Shown one piece after another: positions 38,466 to 52,539 of a stretch of 64,000 bases of DNA. The translations under genes were made by a program, and so were the position numbers. The DNA comes from the human T2T-CHM13v2.0 reference genome, Homo sapiens, in NCBI RefSeq assembly GCF_009914755.1, contig NC_060929.1. One strand, given 5' to 3'. The notes under the pieces are model-generated. The model was not told the origin of the DNA. It was given only the letters and a program-made list of their open reading frames with translations, and searched no databases. Positions within the stretch are counted from its first letter, which is position 1; every line of letters starts with the position of its first letter.

Positions 38466-40504
38466 ATGATTCTCAGAAACTCCTTTGAGATGTGTGTGTT
38501 CAACTCACAGAGTTTAACCTTTCTTTTCATAGAGCAGTTAGGAATCACTCTGTTTGTAAAGTCTGCAAGTGGATATTCAGACCTCTTTGAGGCCTTCGTT
38601 GGAAACGGGTTTTTTTCATATAAGGCTAGACAGAAGAATTCCCAGTAACTTCCTTGTGTTGTGTGTGTTCAACTCACAGAGTTGAACTTTCATTTACACA
38701 GAGCAGATTTGAAACACTCTTTTTGTGGAATTTGCAAATGGAGATTTCAAGCGCTTTGAGGCCAAAGGCAGAAAAGGAAATATCTTCGTATAAAAACTAG
38801 ACAGAATCATTCTCAGAAACTGCTCTGCGATGTGTGCGTTCAACTCTCAGAGTTTAACTTTGCTTTTCATTCAGCAGTTTGGAAACACTCTGTTTGTAAA
38901 GTCTGCACGTGGATAATTTGACCACTTAGAGGCCTTCGTTGGAAACGGGTTTTTTTCATGTAAGGCTAGACAGAAGAATTCTCAGTAACTTCCTTGTGTT
39001 GTGTGTATTCAACTCACAGAGTTGAACGATCCTTTACACAGAGCAGACTTGTAACACTCTTTTTGTGGAATTTGCAAGTGGAGATTTCAGCCGCTTTGAA
39101 GTCAAATGTAGAAAAGGAAATATCTTCCTATAAAAACTAGACAGAATGATTCTCAGAAACTCCTTTGTGATGTGTGCGTTCAACTCACAGAGTTTAACCT
39201 TTCTTTTCATAGAGCAGTTAGGAAACACTCTGTTTGTAAAGTCTGCAAGTGGATATTCAGCCCTCTTTGAGGCCTTCGTTGGAAACGGGTTTTTTTCATA
39301 TAAGGCTAGACAGAAGAATTCCCAGTAACTTCCTTGTGTTGTGTGTGTTCAACTCACAGAGTTGAACTTTCATTTACACAGAGCAGATTTGAAACACTCT
39401 TTTTGTGGAATTTGCAAGTGGAGATTTCAAGCGCTTTGAGGCCAAAGGCAGAAAAGGAAATATCTTCGTATAAAAACTAGACAGAATCATTCTCAGAAAC
39501 TGCTCTGTGATGTGTGCGTTCAACTCTCAGAGTTTAACTTTTCTTTTCATTCAGCAGTTTGGAAACACTCTGTTTCTAAAGTCTGCACGTGGATAATTTG
39601 ACCACTTAGAGGCCTTCGTTGGAAACGGGTTTTTTTCATGTAAGGCTAGACAGAAGAGTTCTCAGTAACTTCCTTGTGTTGTGTGTATTCAACTCACAGA
39701 GTTGAACGATCCTTTACAGAGAGCAGACTTGTAACACTCTTTTTGTGGAATTTGCAAGTGGAGATTTCAGCCGCTTTGCAGTCAAAGTAGAAAAGGAAAT
39801 ATCTTCCTATAAAAACTAGACAGAATGATTCTCAGAAACTCCTTTGTGATGTGTGCGTTCAACTCACAGAGTTTAACCTTTCTTTTCATAGAGCAGTTAG
39901 GAAACACTCTGTTTGTAAAGTCTGCAAGTGGATATTCAGACCTCTTTGAGGCCTTCGTTGGAAACGGGTTTTTTTCATATAAGGCTAGACAGAAGAATTC
40001 CCAGTAACTTCCTTGTGTTGTGTGTGTTCAACTCACAGAGTTGAACTTTCATTTACACAGAGCAGATTTGAAACACTCTTTTTGTGGAATTTGCAGGTGG
40101 AGATTTCAAGCGCTTTGAGGCCAAAGGCAGAAAAGGAAATATCTTCGTATAAAAACTAGACAGAATCATTCTCAGAAACTGCTCTGCGATGTGTGCGTTC
40201 AACTCTCAGAGTTTAACTTTGCTTTTCATTCAGCAGTTTGGAAACACTCTGTTTGTAAAGTCTGCACGTGGATAATTTGACCACTTAGAGGCCTTCGTTG
40301 GAAACGGGTTTTTTTCATGTAAGGCTAGACAGAAGAATTCTCAGTAACTTCCTTGTGTTGTGTGTATTCAACTCACAGAGTTGAACGATCCTTTACACAG
40401 AGCAGACTTGTAACACTCTTTTTGTGGAATTTGCAAGTGGAGATTTCAGCCGCTTTGAAGTCAAAGGTAGAAAAGGAAATATCTTCCTATAAAAACTAGA
40501 CAGA
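38466..40504 (+). repeat. Run of three derived 4-mer (Q-P, 679-680 bp) sub-units
   Basis: Q dimers start at 38466, 39146, 39825 and 40505, separated by P dimers (gataatttg...catgtaagg...gacttgtaac...gaagtcaaa) with no R or S dimer between them. Confidence 0.9.
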
Positions 40505-43500
40505 ATGATTCTCAGAAACTCCTTTGTGATGTGTGCGTTCAACTCACAGAGTTTAACCTTTCTTTTCATAGAGCAGTTAGGAAACACTCTGCTTGTAAAG
40601 TCTGCAAGTGGATATTCAGCCCTCTTTGAGGCCTTCGTTGGAAACGGGTTTTTTTCATATAAGGCTAGACAGAAGAATTCCCAGTAACTTCCTTGTGTTG
40701 TGTGTGTTCAACTCACAGAGTTGAACTTTCATTTACACAGAGCAGATTTGAAACACTCTTTTTGTGGAATTTGCAAGTGGAGATTTCAAGCGCTTTGAGG
40801 CCAAAGGCAGAAAAGGAAATATCTTCGTATAAAAACTAGACAGAATCATTCTCAGAAACTGCTCTGCGATGTGTGCGTTCAACTCTCAGAGTTTAACTTT
40901 TCTTTTCATTCAGCAGTTTGGAAACACTCTGTTTGTAAAGTCTGCACGTGGATATTTTGACCACTTAGAGGCCTTCGTTGGAAACGGGTTTTTTTCCTGT
41001 AAGGCTAGACAGAAGAATTCCCAGTAACTTCCTTGTGTTGTGTACATTCAACTCACAGAGTTGAACGTTCCCTTAGACAGAGCAGATTTGAAACACTCTT
41101 TTTGTGCAATTGGCAAGTGGAGATTTCAAGCGCTTTAAGGTCAATGGCAGAAAAGGAAATATCTTCGTTTCAAAACTAGACAGAATCATTCCCACAAACT
41201 GCGCTGTGATGTGTTCGTTCATCTCACAGAGTTTAACCTTTCTTTTCATAGAGCAGTTAGGAAACACTCTGTTTGTAAATTCTGTAAGTGGATATTCTGA
41301 CATCTTGTGGCCTTCGTTGGAAACGGGATTTCTTCATATTCTGCTAGACAGAAGAATTCTCAGAATCTTCCTTGTGTTGTGTGTATTCAACTCACACAGT
41401 TGAACGATGGTTTACACAGAGCAGATTTGAAACACTCTTTTTGTGGAATTTGCAAGTGGAGATTTCAGCCGCTTTGAGGTCAATGGTAGAAAAGGAAATA
41501 TCTTCGTATAAAAACTAGACAGAATGATTCTCAGAAACTTCTTTGTGATGTGTGCGTTCAACTCACAGAGTTTAACCTTTCTTTTCATAGAGCAGTTAGG
41601 AAACACTCTGTTTGTAAACTCTGCAAGTGGATATTCAGACCTCTTTGAGGCCTTCGTTGGAAACGGGATTTCTTCATACTGTGCTAGACAGAAGAATTCT
41701 CAGTAACTTCCTTGTGTTGTGTGTATTCAACTCACAGAGTTGAACGATCCTTTACACAGAGCAGACTTGAAACACTCTTTTTGTGGAATTTGCAAGTGGA
41801 GATTTCAGCCGCGTTGAGGTCAATGGTAGAAAAGGAAATATCTTCGTATAAAAACTAGACAGAATGATTCTCAGAAACTCCTTTGAGATGTGTGTGTTCA
41901 ACTCACAGAGTTTAACCTTTCTTTTCATAGAGCAGTTAGGAATCACTCTGTTTGTAAAGTCTGCAAGTGGATATTCAGACCTCTTTGAGGCCTTCGTTGG
42001 AAACGGGTTTTTTTCATATAAGGCTAGACAGAAGAATTCCCAGTAACTTCCTTGTGTTGTGTGTGTTCAACTCACAGAGTTGAACTTTCATTTACACAGA
42101 GCAGATTTGAAACACTCTTTTTGTGGAATTTGCAAATGGAGATTTCAAGCGCTTTGAGGCCAAAGGCAGAAAAGGAAGTATCTTCGTATAAAAACTAGAC
42201 AGAATCATTCTCAGAAACTGCTCTGCGATGTGTGCGTTCAACTCTCAGAGTTTAACTTTGCTTTTCATTCAGCAGTTTGGAAACACTCTGTTTGTAAAGT
42301 CTGCACGTGGATAATTTGACCACTTAGAGGCCTTCGTTGGAAACGGGTTTTTTTCATGTAAGGCTAGACAGAAGAATTCTCAGTAACTTCCTTGTGTTGT
42401 GTGTATTCAACTCACAGAGTTGAACGATCCTTTACACAGAGCAGACTTGTAACACTCTTTTTGTGGAATTTGCAAGTGGAGATTTCAGCCGCTTTGAAGT
42501 CAAAGTAGAAAAGGAAATTTCTTCCTATAAAAACTAGACAGAATGATTCTCAGAAACTCCTTTGTGATGTGTGCGTTCAACTCACAGAGTTTAACCTTTC
42601 TTTTCATAGAGCAGTTAGGAAACACTCTGTTTGTAAAGTCTGCAAGTGGATATTCAGACCTCTTTGAGGCCTTCGTTGGAAACGGGTTTTTTTCATATAA
42701 GGCTAGACAGAAGAATTCCCAGTAACTTCCTTGTGTTGTGTGTGTTCAACTCACAGAGTTGAACTTTCATTTACACAGAGCAGATTTGAAACACTCTTTT
42801 TGTGGAATTTGCAGGTGGAGATTTCAAGCGCTTTGAGGCCAAAGGCAGAAAAGGAAATATCTTCGTATAAAAACTAGACAGAATCATTCTCAGAAACTGC
42901 TCTGCGATGTGTGCGTTCAACTCTCAGAGTTTAACTTTTCTTTTCATTCAGCAGTTTGGAAACACTCTGTTTGTAAAGTCTGCACGTGGATATTTTGACC
43001 ACTTAGAGGCCTTCGTTGGAGACGGGTTTTTTTCCTGTAAGGCTAGACAGAAGAATTCCCAGTAACTTCCTTGTGTTGTGTACATTCAACTCACAGAGTT
43101 GAACGTTCCCTTAGACAGAGCAGATTTGAAACACACTTTTTGTGCAATTGGCAAGTGGAGATTTCAAGCGCTTTAAGGTCAATGGTAGAAAAGCAAATAT
43201 CTTCGTTTCAAAACTAGACAGAATCATTCCCACAAACTGCGTTGTGATGTGTTCGTTCATCTCACAGAGTTTAACCTTTCTTTTCATAGAGCAGTTAGGA
43301 AACACTCTGTTTGTAAATTCTGTAAGTGGATATTCTGACATCTTGTGGCCTTCGTTGGAAACGGGATTTCTTCATATTCTGCTAGACAGAAGAATTCTCA
43401 GAATCTTCCTTGTGTTGTGTGTATTCAACTCACACAGTTGAACGATGGTTTACACAGAGCAGATTTGAAACACTCTTTTTGTGGAATTTGCAAGTGGAGA

Positions 43501-44249
43501 TTTCAGCCGCTTTGAGGTCAATGGTAGAAAAGGAAATATCTTCGTATAAAAACTAGACAGAATGATTCTCAGAAACTTCTTTGTGATGTGTGCGTTCAAC
43601 TCACAGAGTTTAACCTTTCTTTTCATAGAGCAGTTAGGAAACACTCTGTTTGTAAACTCTGCAAGTGGATATTCAGACCTCTTTGAGGCCTTCGTTGGAA
43701 ACGGGATTTCTTCATACTGTGCTAGACAGAAGAATTCTCAGTAACTTCCTTGTGTTGTGTGTATTCAACTCACAGAGTTGAACGATCCTTTACACAGAGC
43801 AGACTTGAAACACTCTTTTTGTGGAATTTGCAAGTGGAGATTTCAGCCGCGTTGAGGTCAATGGTAGAAAAGGAAATATCTTCGTATAAAAACTAGACAG
43901 AATGATTCTCAGAAACTCCTTTGAGATGTGTGTGTTCAACTCACAGAGTTTAACCTTTCTTTTCATAGAGCAGTTAGGAATCACTCTGTTTGTAAAGTCT
44001 GCAAGTGGATATTCAGCCCTCTTTGAGGCCTTCGTTGGAAACGGGTTTTTTTCATATAAGGCTAGACAGAAGAATTCCCAGTAACTTCCTTGTGTTGTGT
44101 GTGTTCAACTCACAGAGTTGAACTTTCATTTACACAGAGCAGATTTGAAACACTCTTTTTGTGGAATTTGCAAGTGGAGATTTCAAGCGCTTTGAGGCCA
44201 AAGGCAGAAAAGGAAATATCTTCGTATAAAAACTAGACAGAATCATTCT

Positions 44250-47200
44250 CAGAAACTGCTCTGTGATGTGTGCGTTCAACTCTCAGAGTTTAACTTTTCT
44301 TTTCATTCAGCAGTTTGGAAACACTCTGTTTGTAAAGTCTGCACGTGGATAATTTGACCACTTAGAGGCCTTCGTTGGAAACGGGTTTTTTTCATGTAAG
44401 GCTAGACAGAAGAGTTCTCAGTAACTTCCTTGTGTTGTGTGTATTCAACTCACACAGTTGAACGATCCTTTACAGAGAGCAGACTTGTAACACTCTTTTT
44501 GTGGAATTTGCAAGTGGAGATTTCAGCCGCTTTGAAGTCAAAGTAGAAAAGGAAATATCTGCCTATAAAAACTAGACAGAATGATTCTCAGAAACTCCTT
44601 TGTGATGTGTGCGTTCAACTCACAGAGTTTAACCTTTCTTTTCATAGAGCAGTTAGGAAACACTCTGTTTGTAAAGTCTGCAAGTGGATATTCAGACCTC
44701 TTTGAGGCCTTCGTTGGAAACGGGTTTTTTTCATATAAGGCTAGACAGAAGAATTCCCAGTAACTTCCTTGTGTTGTGTGTGTTCAACTCACAGAGTTGA
44801 ACTTTCATTTACACAGAGCAGATTTGAAACACTCTTTTTGTGGAATTTGCAGGTGGAGATTTCAAGCGCTTTGAGGCCAAAGGCAGAAAAGGAAATATCT
44901 TCGTATAAAAACTAGACAGAATCATTCTCAGAAACTGCTCTGCGATGTGTGCGTTCAACTCTCAGAGTTTAACTTTTCTTTTCATTCAGCAGTTTGGAAA
45001 CACTCTGTTTGTAAAGTCTTCACGTGGATAATTTGACCACTTAGAGGCCTTCGTTGGAAACGGGTTTTTTTCATGTAAGGCTAGACAGAAGAATTCTCAG
45101 TAACTTCCTTGTGTTGTGTGTATTCAACTCACAGAGTTGAACGATCCTTTACACAGAGCAGACTTGTAACACTCTTTTTGTGGAATTTGCAAGTGGAGAT
45201 TTCAGCCGCTTTGAAGTCAAAGGTAGAAAAGGAAATATCTTCCTATAAAAACTAGACAGAATGATTCTCAGAAACTCCTTTGTGATGTGTGCGTTCAACT
45301 CACAGAGTTTAACCTTTCTTTTCATAGAGCAGTTAGGAAACACTCTGCTTGTAAAGTCTGCAAGTGGATATTCAGCCCTCTTTGAGGCCTTCGTTGGAAA
45401 CGGGTTTTTTTCATATAAGGCTAGACAGAAGAATTCCCAGTAACTTCCTTGTGTTGTGTGTGTTCAACTCACAGAGTTGAACTTTGATTTACACAGAGCA
45501 GATTTGAAACACTCTTTTTGTGGAATTTGCAAGTGGAGATTTCAAGCGCTTTGAGGCCAAAGGCAGAAAAGGAAATATCTTCGTATAAAAACTAGACAGA
45601 ATCATTCTCAGAAACTGCTCTGCGATGTGTGCGTTCAACTCTCAGAGTTTAACTTTTCTTTTCATTCAGCAGTTTGGAAACACTCTGTTTGTAAAGTCTG
45701 CACGTGGATATTTTGACCACTTAGAGGCCTTCGTTGGAAACGGGTTTTTTTCCTGTAAGGCTAGACAGAAGAATTCCCAGTAACTTCCTTGTGTTGTGTA
45801 CATTCAACTCACAGAGTTGAACGTTCCCTTAGACAGAGCAGATTTGAAACACTCTTTTTGTGCAATTGGCAAGTGGAGATTTCAAGCACTTTGAGGTCAA
45901 TGGCAGAAAAGGAAATATCTTCGTTTCAAAACTAGACAGAATCATTCCCACAAACTGCGTTGTGATGTGTTCGTTCATCTCACAGAGTTTAACCTTTCTT
46001 TTCATAGAGCAGTTAGGAAACAGTCTGTTTGAAAATTCTGTAAGGGGATATTCTGACATCTTGTGGCCTTCGTTGGAAACGGGATTTCTTCATATTCTGC
46101 TAGACAGAAGAATTCTCAGAATCTTCCTTGTGTTGTGTGTATTCAACTCACAGAGTTGAACGATAGTTTACACAGAGCAGATTTGAAACACTCATTTGGT
46201 GGAATTTGCAAGTGGAGATTTCAGCCGCTTTGAGGTCAATGGTAGAAAAGGAAATATCTTCGTATAACAACTAGACAGAATGATTCTCAGAAACTTCTTT
46301 GTGATGTGTGTGTTCAACTCACAGTGTTTAACCTTTCTTTTCATAGAGCAGTTAGGAAACACTGTGTTTTTAAACTCTGCAAGTGGATATTCAGACCTCT
46401 TTGAGGCCTTCGTTGGAAACGGGTTTCTTCATACTGTGCTAGACAGAAGAATTCTCAGTAACTTCCTTGTGTTGTGTGTATTCAACTCACAGAGTTGAAC
46501 GATCCTTTACACAGAGCAGACTTGAAACACTCTTTTTGTGGAATTTGCAAGTGGAGATTTCAGCCGCGTTGAGGTCAATGGTAGAAAAGGAAATATCTTC
46601 GTATAAAAACTAGACAGAATGATTCTCAGAAACTCCTTTGTGATGTGTGTGTTCAACTCACAGAGTTTAACATTTCTTTTCATAGAGCAGTTAGGAAACA
46701 CTCTGTTTGTAAAGTCTGCAAGTGGATATTCAGACCTCTTTGAGGCCTTCGTTGGAAACGGGTTTTTTTCATATAAGGCTAGACAGAAGAATTCCCAGTA
46801 ACTTCCTTGTGTTGTGTGTGTTCAACTCACAGAGTTGAACTTTGATTTACACAGAGCAGATTTGAAACACTCTTTTTGTGGAATTTGCAAGTGGAGATTT
46901 CAAGCGCTTTGAGGCCAAAGGCAGAAAAGGAAATATCTTCGTATAAAAACTAGACAGAATCATTCTCAGAAACTGCTCTGCGATGTGTGCGTTCAACTCT
47001 CAGAGTTTAACTTTTCTTTTCATTCAGCAGTTTGGAAACACTCTGTTTGTAAAGTCTGCACGTGGATATTTTGACCACTTAGAGGCCTTCGTTGGAAACG
47101 GGTTTTTTTCCTGTAAGGCTAGACAGAAGAATTCCCAGTAACTTCCTTGTGTTGTGTACATTCAACTCACAGAGTTGAACGTTCCCTTAGACAGAGCAGA

Positions 47201-50200
47201 TTTGAAACACACTTTTTGTGCAATTGGCAAGTGGAGATTTCAAGCGCTTTAAGGTCAATGGCATAAAAGGAAATATCTTCGTTTCAAAACTAGACAGAAT
47301 CATTCCCACAAACTGCGTTGTGATGTGCTCGTTCATCTCACAGAGTTTAACCTTTCTTTTCATAGAGCAGTTAGGAAACACTCTGTTTGTAAATTCTGTA
47401 AGTGGATATTCTGACATCTTGTGGCCTTCGCTGGAAACGGGATTTCTTCATATTCTGCTAGACAGAAGAATTCTCAGAATCTTCCTTGTGTTGTGTGTAT
47501 TCAACTCACACAGTTGAACGATGGTTTACACAGAGCAGATTTGAAACACTCTTTTTGTGGAATTTGCAAGTGGAGATTTCAGCCGCTTTGAGGTCAATGG
47601 TAGAAAAGGAAATATCTTCGTATAAAAACTAGACAGAATGATTCTCAGAAACTTCTTTGTGATGTGTGCGTTCAACTCAGAGAGTTTAACATTTCTTTTC
47701 ATAGAGCAGTTAGGAAACACTCTGTTTGTAAACTCTGCAAGTGGATATTCAGACCTCTTCGAGGCCTTCGTTGGAAACGGGATTTCTTCATACTGTGCTA
47801 GACAGAAGAATTCTCAGTAACTTCCTTGTGTTGTGTGTATTCAACTCACAGAGTTGAACGATCCTTTACACAGAGCAGACTTGGAACACTCTTTTTGTGG
47901 AATTTGCAAGTGGAGATTTCAGCCGCGTTGAGGTCAATGGTAGAAAAGGAAATATCTTCGTATAAAAACTAGACAGAATGATTCTCAGAAACTCCTTTGA
48001 GATGTGTGTGTTCAACTCACAGAGTTTAACCTTTCTTTTCATAGAGCAGTTAGGAATCACTCTGTTTGTAAAGTCTGCAAGTGGATATTCAGACCTCTTT
48101 GAGGCCTTCGTTGGAAACGGGTTTTTTTCATATAAGGCTAGACAGAAGAATTCCCAGTAACTTCCTTGTGTTGTGTGTGTTCAACTCACAGAGTTGAACT
48201 TTCATTTACACAGAGCAGATTTGAAACACTCTTTTTGTGGAATTTGCAAATGGAGATTTCAAGCGCTTTGAGGCCAAAGGCAGAAAAGGAAATATCTTCG
48301 TATAAAAACTAGACAGAATCATTCTCAGAAACTGCTCTGCGATGTGTGCGTTCAACTCTCAGAGTTTAACTTTGCTTTTCATTCAGCAGTTTGGAAACAC
48401 TCTGTTTGTAAAGTCTGCACGTGGATAATTTGACCACTTAGAGGCCTTCGTTGGAAACGGGTTTTTTTCATGTAAGGCTAGACAGAAGAATTCTCAGTAA
48501 CTTCCTTGTGTTGTGTGTATTCAACTCACAGAGTTGAACGATCCTTTACACAGAGCAGACTTGTAACACTCTTTTTGTGGAATTTGCAAGTGGAGATTTC
48601 AGCCGCTTTGAAGTCAAATGTAGAAAAGGAAATATCTTCCTATAAAAACTAGACAGAATGATTCTCAGAAACTCCTTTGTGATGTGTGCGTTCAACTCAC
48701 AGAGTTTAACCTTTCTTTTCATAGAGCAGTTAGGAAACACTCTGTTTGTAAAGTCTGCAAGTGGATATTCAGCCCTCTTTGAGGCCTTCGTTGGAAACGG
48801 GTTTTTTTCATATAAGGCTAGACAGAAGAATTCCCAGTAACTTCCTTGTGTTGTGTGTGTTCAACTCACAGAGTTGAACTTTCATTTACACAGAGCAGAT
48901 TTGAAACACTCTTTTTGTGGAATTTGCAAGTGGAGATTTCAAGCGCTTTGAGGCCAAAGGCAGAAAAGGAAATATCTTCGTATAAAAACTAGACAGAATC
49001 ATTCTCAGAAACTGCTCTGTGATGTGTGCGTTCAACTCTCAGAGTTTAACTTTTCTTTTCATTCAGCAGTTTGGAAACACTCTGTTTCTAAAGTCTGCAC
49101 GTGGATAATTTGACCACTTAGAGGCCTTCGTTGGAAACGGGTTTTTTTCATGTAAGGCTAGACAGAAGAGTTCTCAGTAACTTCCTTGTGTTGTGTGTAT
49201 TCAACTCACAGAGTTGAACGATCCTTTACAGAGAGCAGACTTGTAACACTCTTTTTGTGGAATTTGCAAGTGGAGATTTCAGCCGCTTTGCAGTCAAAGT
49301 AGAAAAGGAAATATCTTCCTATAAAAACTAGACAGAATGATTCTCAGAAACTCCTTTGTGATGTGTGCGTTCAACTCACAGAGTTTAACCTTTCTTTTCA
49401 TAGAGCAGTTAGGAAACACTCTGTTTGTAAAGTCTGCAAGTGGATATTCAGACCTCTTTGAGGCCTTCGTTGGAAACGGGTTTTTTTCATATAAGGCTAG
49501 ACAGAAGAATTCCCAGTAACTTCCTTGTGTTGTGTGTGTTCAACTCACAGAGTTGAACTTTCATTTACACAGAGCAGATTTGAAACACTCTTTTTGTGGA
49601 ATTTGCAGGTGGAGATTTCAAGCGCTTTGAGGCCAAAGGCAGAAAAGGAAATATCTTCGTATAAAAACTAGACAGAATCATTCTCAGAAACTGCTCTGCG
49701 ATGTGTGCGTTCAACTCTCAGAGTTTAACTTTGCTTTTCATTCAGCAGTTTGGAAACACTCTGTTTGTAAAGTCTGCACGTGGATAATTTGACCACTTAG
49801 AGGCCTTCGTTGGAAACGGGTTTTTTTCATGTAAGGCTAGACAGAAGAATTCTCAGTAACTTCCTTGTGTTGTGTGTATTCAACTCACAGAGTTGAACGA
49901 TCCTTTACACAGAGCAGACTTGTAACACTCTTTTTGTGGAATTTGCAAGTGGAGATTTCAGCCGCTTTGAAGTCAAAGGTAGAAAAGGAAATATCTTCCT
50001 ATAAAAACTAGACAGAATGATTCTCAGAAACTCCTTTGTGATGTGTGCGTTCAACTCACAGAGTTTAACCTTTCTTTTCATAGAGCAGTTAGGAAACACT
50101 CTGCTTGTAAAGTCTGCAAGTGGATATTCAGCCCTCTTTGAGGCCTTCGTTGGAAACGGGTTTTTTTCATATAAGGCTAGACAGAAGAATTCCCAGTAAC

Positions 50201-51090
50201 TTCCTTGTGTTGTGTGTGTTCAACTCACAGAGTTGAACTTTCATTTACACAGAGCAGATTTGAAACACTCTTTTTGTGGAATTTGCAAGTGGAGATTTCA
50301 AGCGCTTTGAGGCCAAAGGCAGAAAAGGAAATATCTTCGTATAAAAACTAGACAGAATCATTCTCAGAAACTGCTCTGCGATGTGTGCGTTCAACTCTCA
50401 GAGTTTAACTTTTCTTTTCATTCAGCAGTTTGGAAACACTCTGTTTGTAAAGTCTGCACGTGGATATTTTGACCACTTAGAGGCCTTCGTTGGAATCGGG
50501 TTTTTTTCCTGTAAGGCTAGACAGAAGAATTCCCAGTAACTTCCTTGTGTTGTGTACATTCAACTCACAGAGTTGAACGTTCCCTTAGACAGAGCAGATT
50601 TGAAACACTCTTTTTGTGCAATTGGCAAGTGGAGATTTCAAGCGCTTTGAGGTCAATGGCAGAAAAGGAAATATCTTCGTTTCAAAACTAGACAGAATCA
50701 TTCCCACAAACTGCGTTGTGATGTGTTCGTTCTACTCACAGAGTTTAACCTTTCTTTTCATAGAGCAGTTAGGAAACAGTCTGTTTGAAAATTCTGTAAG
50801 GGGATATTCTGACATCTTGTGGCCTTCGTTGGAAACGGGATTTCTTCATATTCTGCTAGACAGAAGAATTCTCAGAATCTTCCTTGTGTTGTGTGTATTC
50901 AATTCACAGAGTTGAACGATAGTTTACACAGAGCAGATTTGAAACACTCATTTGGTGGAATTTGCAAGTGGAGATTTCAGCCGCTTTGAGGTCAATGGTA
51001 GAAAAGGAAATATCTTCGTATAACAACTAGACAGAATGATTCTCAGAAACTTCTTTGTGATGTGTGTGTTCAACTCACAGTGTTTAACCT
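44250..51090 (+). repeat. ~6.8-kb block repeated at +12908 bp (~57160 to window end)
   Basis: Shared variants: atatctgcct (~44561/57469), gtcttcacg (~45020/57928), ggaatcggg (~50496/63404), gttctactc (~50733/63641), caattcac (~50903/63811). ORF offsets are 12908. Confidence 0.9.
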
Positions 51091-52539
51091 TTCTTTTCAT
51101 AGAGCAGTTAGGAAACACTGTGTTTTTAAACTCTGCAAGTGGATATTCAGACCTCTTTGAGGCCTTCGTTGGAAACGGGTTTCTTCATACTGTGCTAGAC
51201 AGAAGAATTCTCAGTAACTTCCTTGTGTTGTGTGTATTCAACTCACAGAGTTGAACGATCCTTTACACAGAGCAGACTTGTAACACTCTTTTTGTGGAAT
51301 TTGCAAGTGGAGATTTCAGCCGCTTTGAAGTCAAAGGTAGAAAAGGAAATATCTTCCTATAAAAACTAGACAGAATGATTCTCAGAAACTCCTTTGTGAT
51401 GTGTACGTTCAACTCACAGAGTTTAACCTTTCTTTTCATAGAGCAGTTAGGAAACACTCTGTTTGTAAAGTCTGCATGTGGATATTGAGACCTCTTTGAG
51501 GCCTTCGTTGGAAACGGGTTTTTTTCATATAAGGCTAGACAGAAGGATTCCCAGTAACTTCCTTGTGTTGTGTGTGTTCAACTCACAGAGTTGAACTTTC
51601 ATTTACAAAGAGCAGATTTGAAACACTCTTTTTGTGGAATTTGCAAGTGGAGATTTCAAGCGCTTTGAGGCCAAAGGCAGAAAAGGAAATATCTTCGTAT
51701 AAAAACTAGACAGAATCATTCTCAGAAACTGCTCTGCGATGTGTGCGTTCAACTCTCAGAGTTTAACTTTTCTTTTCATTCAGCAGTTTGGAAACACTCT
51801 GTTTTTAAAGTCTGCACGTGGATAATTTGACCACTTAGAGGCCTTCGTTGGAAACGGGTTTTTTTCATGTAAGGCTAGACAGAAGAATTCTCAGTAACTT
51901 CCTTGTGTTGTGTGTATTCAACTCACAGAGTTGAACGATCCTTTACACAGAGCAGACTTGTAACACTCTTTTTGTGGAATTTGCAAGTGGAGATTTCAGC
52001 CGCTTTGAAGTCAAAGGTAGAAAAGGAAATATCTTCCTATAAAAACTAGACAGAATGATTCTCAGAAACTCCTTTGTGATGTGTGCATTCAACTCACAGA
52101 GTTTAACCTTTCTTTTCATAGAGCAGTTAGGAAACACTCTGCTTGTAAAGTCTGCAAGTGGATATTCAGCCCTCTTTGAGGCCTTCGTTGGAAACGGGTT
52201 TTTTTCATATAAGGCTAGACAGAAGAATTCCCAGTAACTTCCTTGTGTTGTGTGTGTTCAACTCACAGAGTTGAACTTTCATTTACACAGAGCAGATTTG
52301 AAACACTCTTTTTGTGGAATTTGCAAGTGGAGATTTCAAGCGCTTTGAGGCCAAAGGCAGAAAAGGAAATATCTTCGTATAAAAACTAGACAGAATCATT
52401 CTCAGAAACTGCTCTGCGATGTGTGCGTTCAACTCTCAGAGTTTAACTTTTCTTTTCATTCAGCAGTTTGGAAACACTCTGTTTGTAAAGTCTGCACGTG
52501 GATATTTTGACCACTTAGAGGCCTTCGTTGGAAACGGGT

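Larger units (their letters stand above)
35600..41000 (+). repeat. Dispersed ~5.4-kb block, copy 1 (others at ~45100-50500 and ~58000-63400)
   Basis: Markers caagcactt, gtaagggg, ggcataaaa, gtgctcgtt, ttcgctgg, ctcagagag, ctcttcgag and tttgcagtc recur at +9512 and +22420. Confidence 0.9.
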
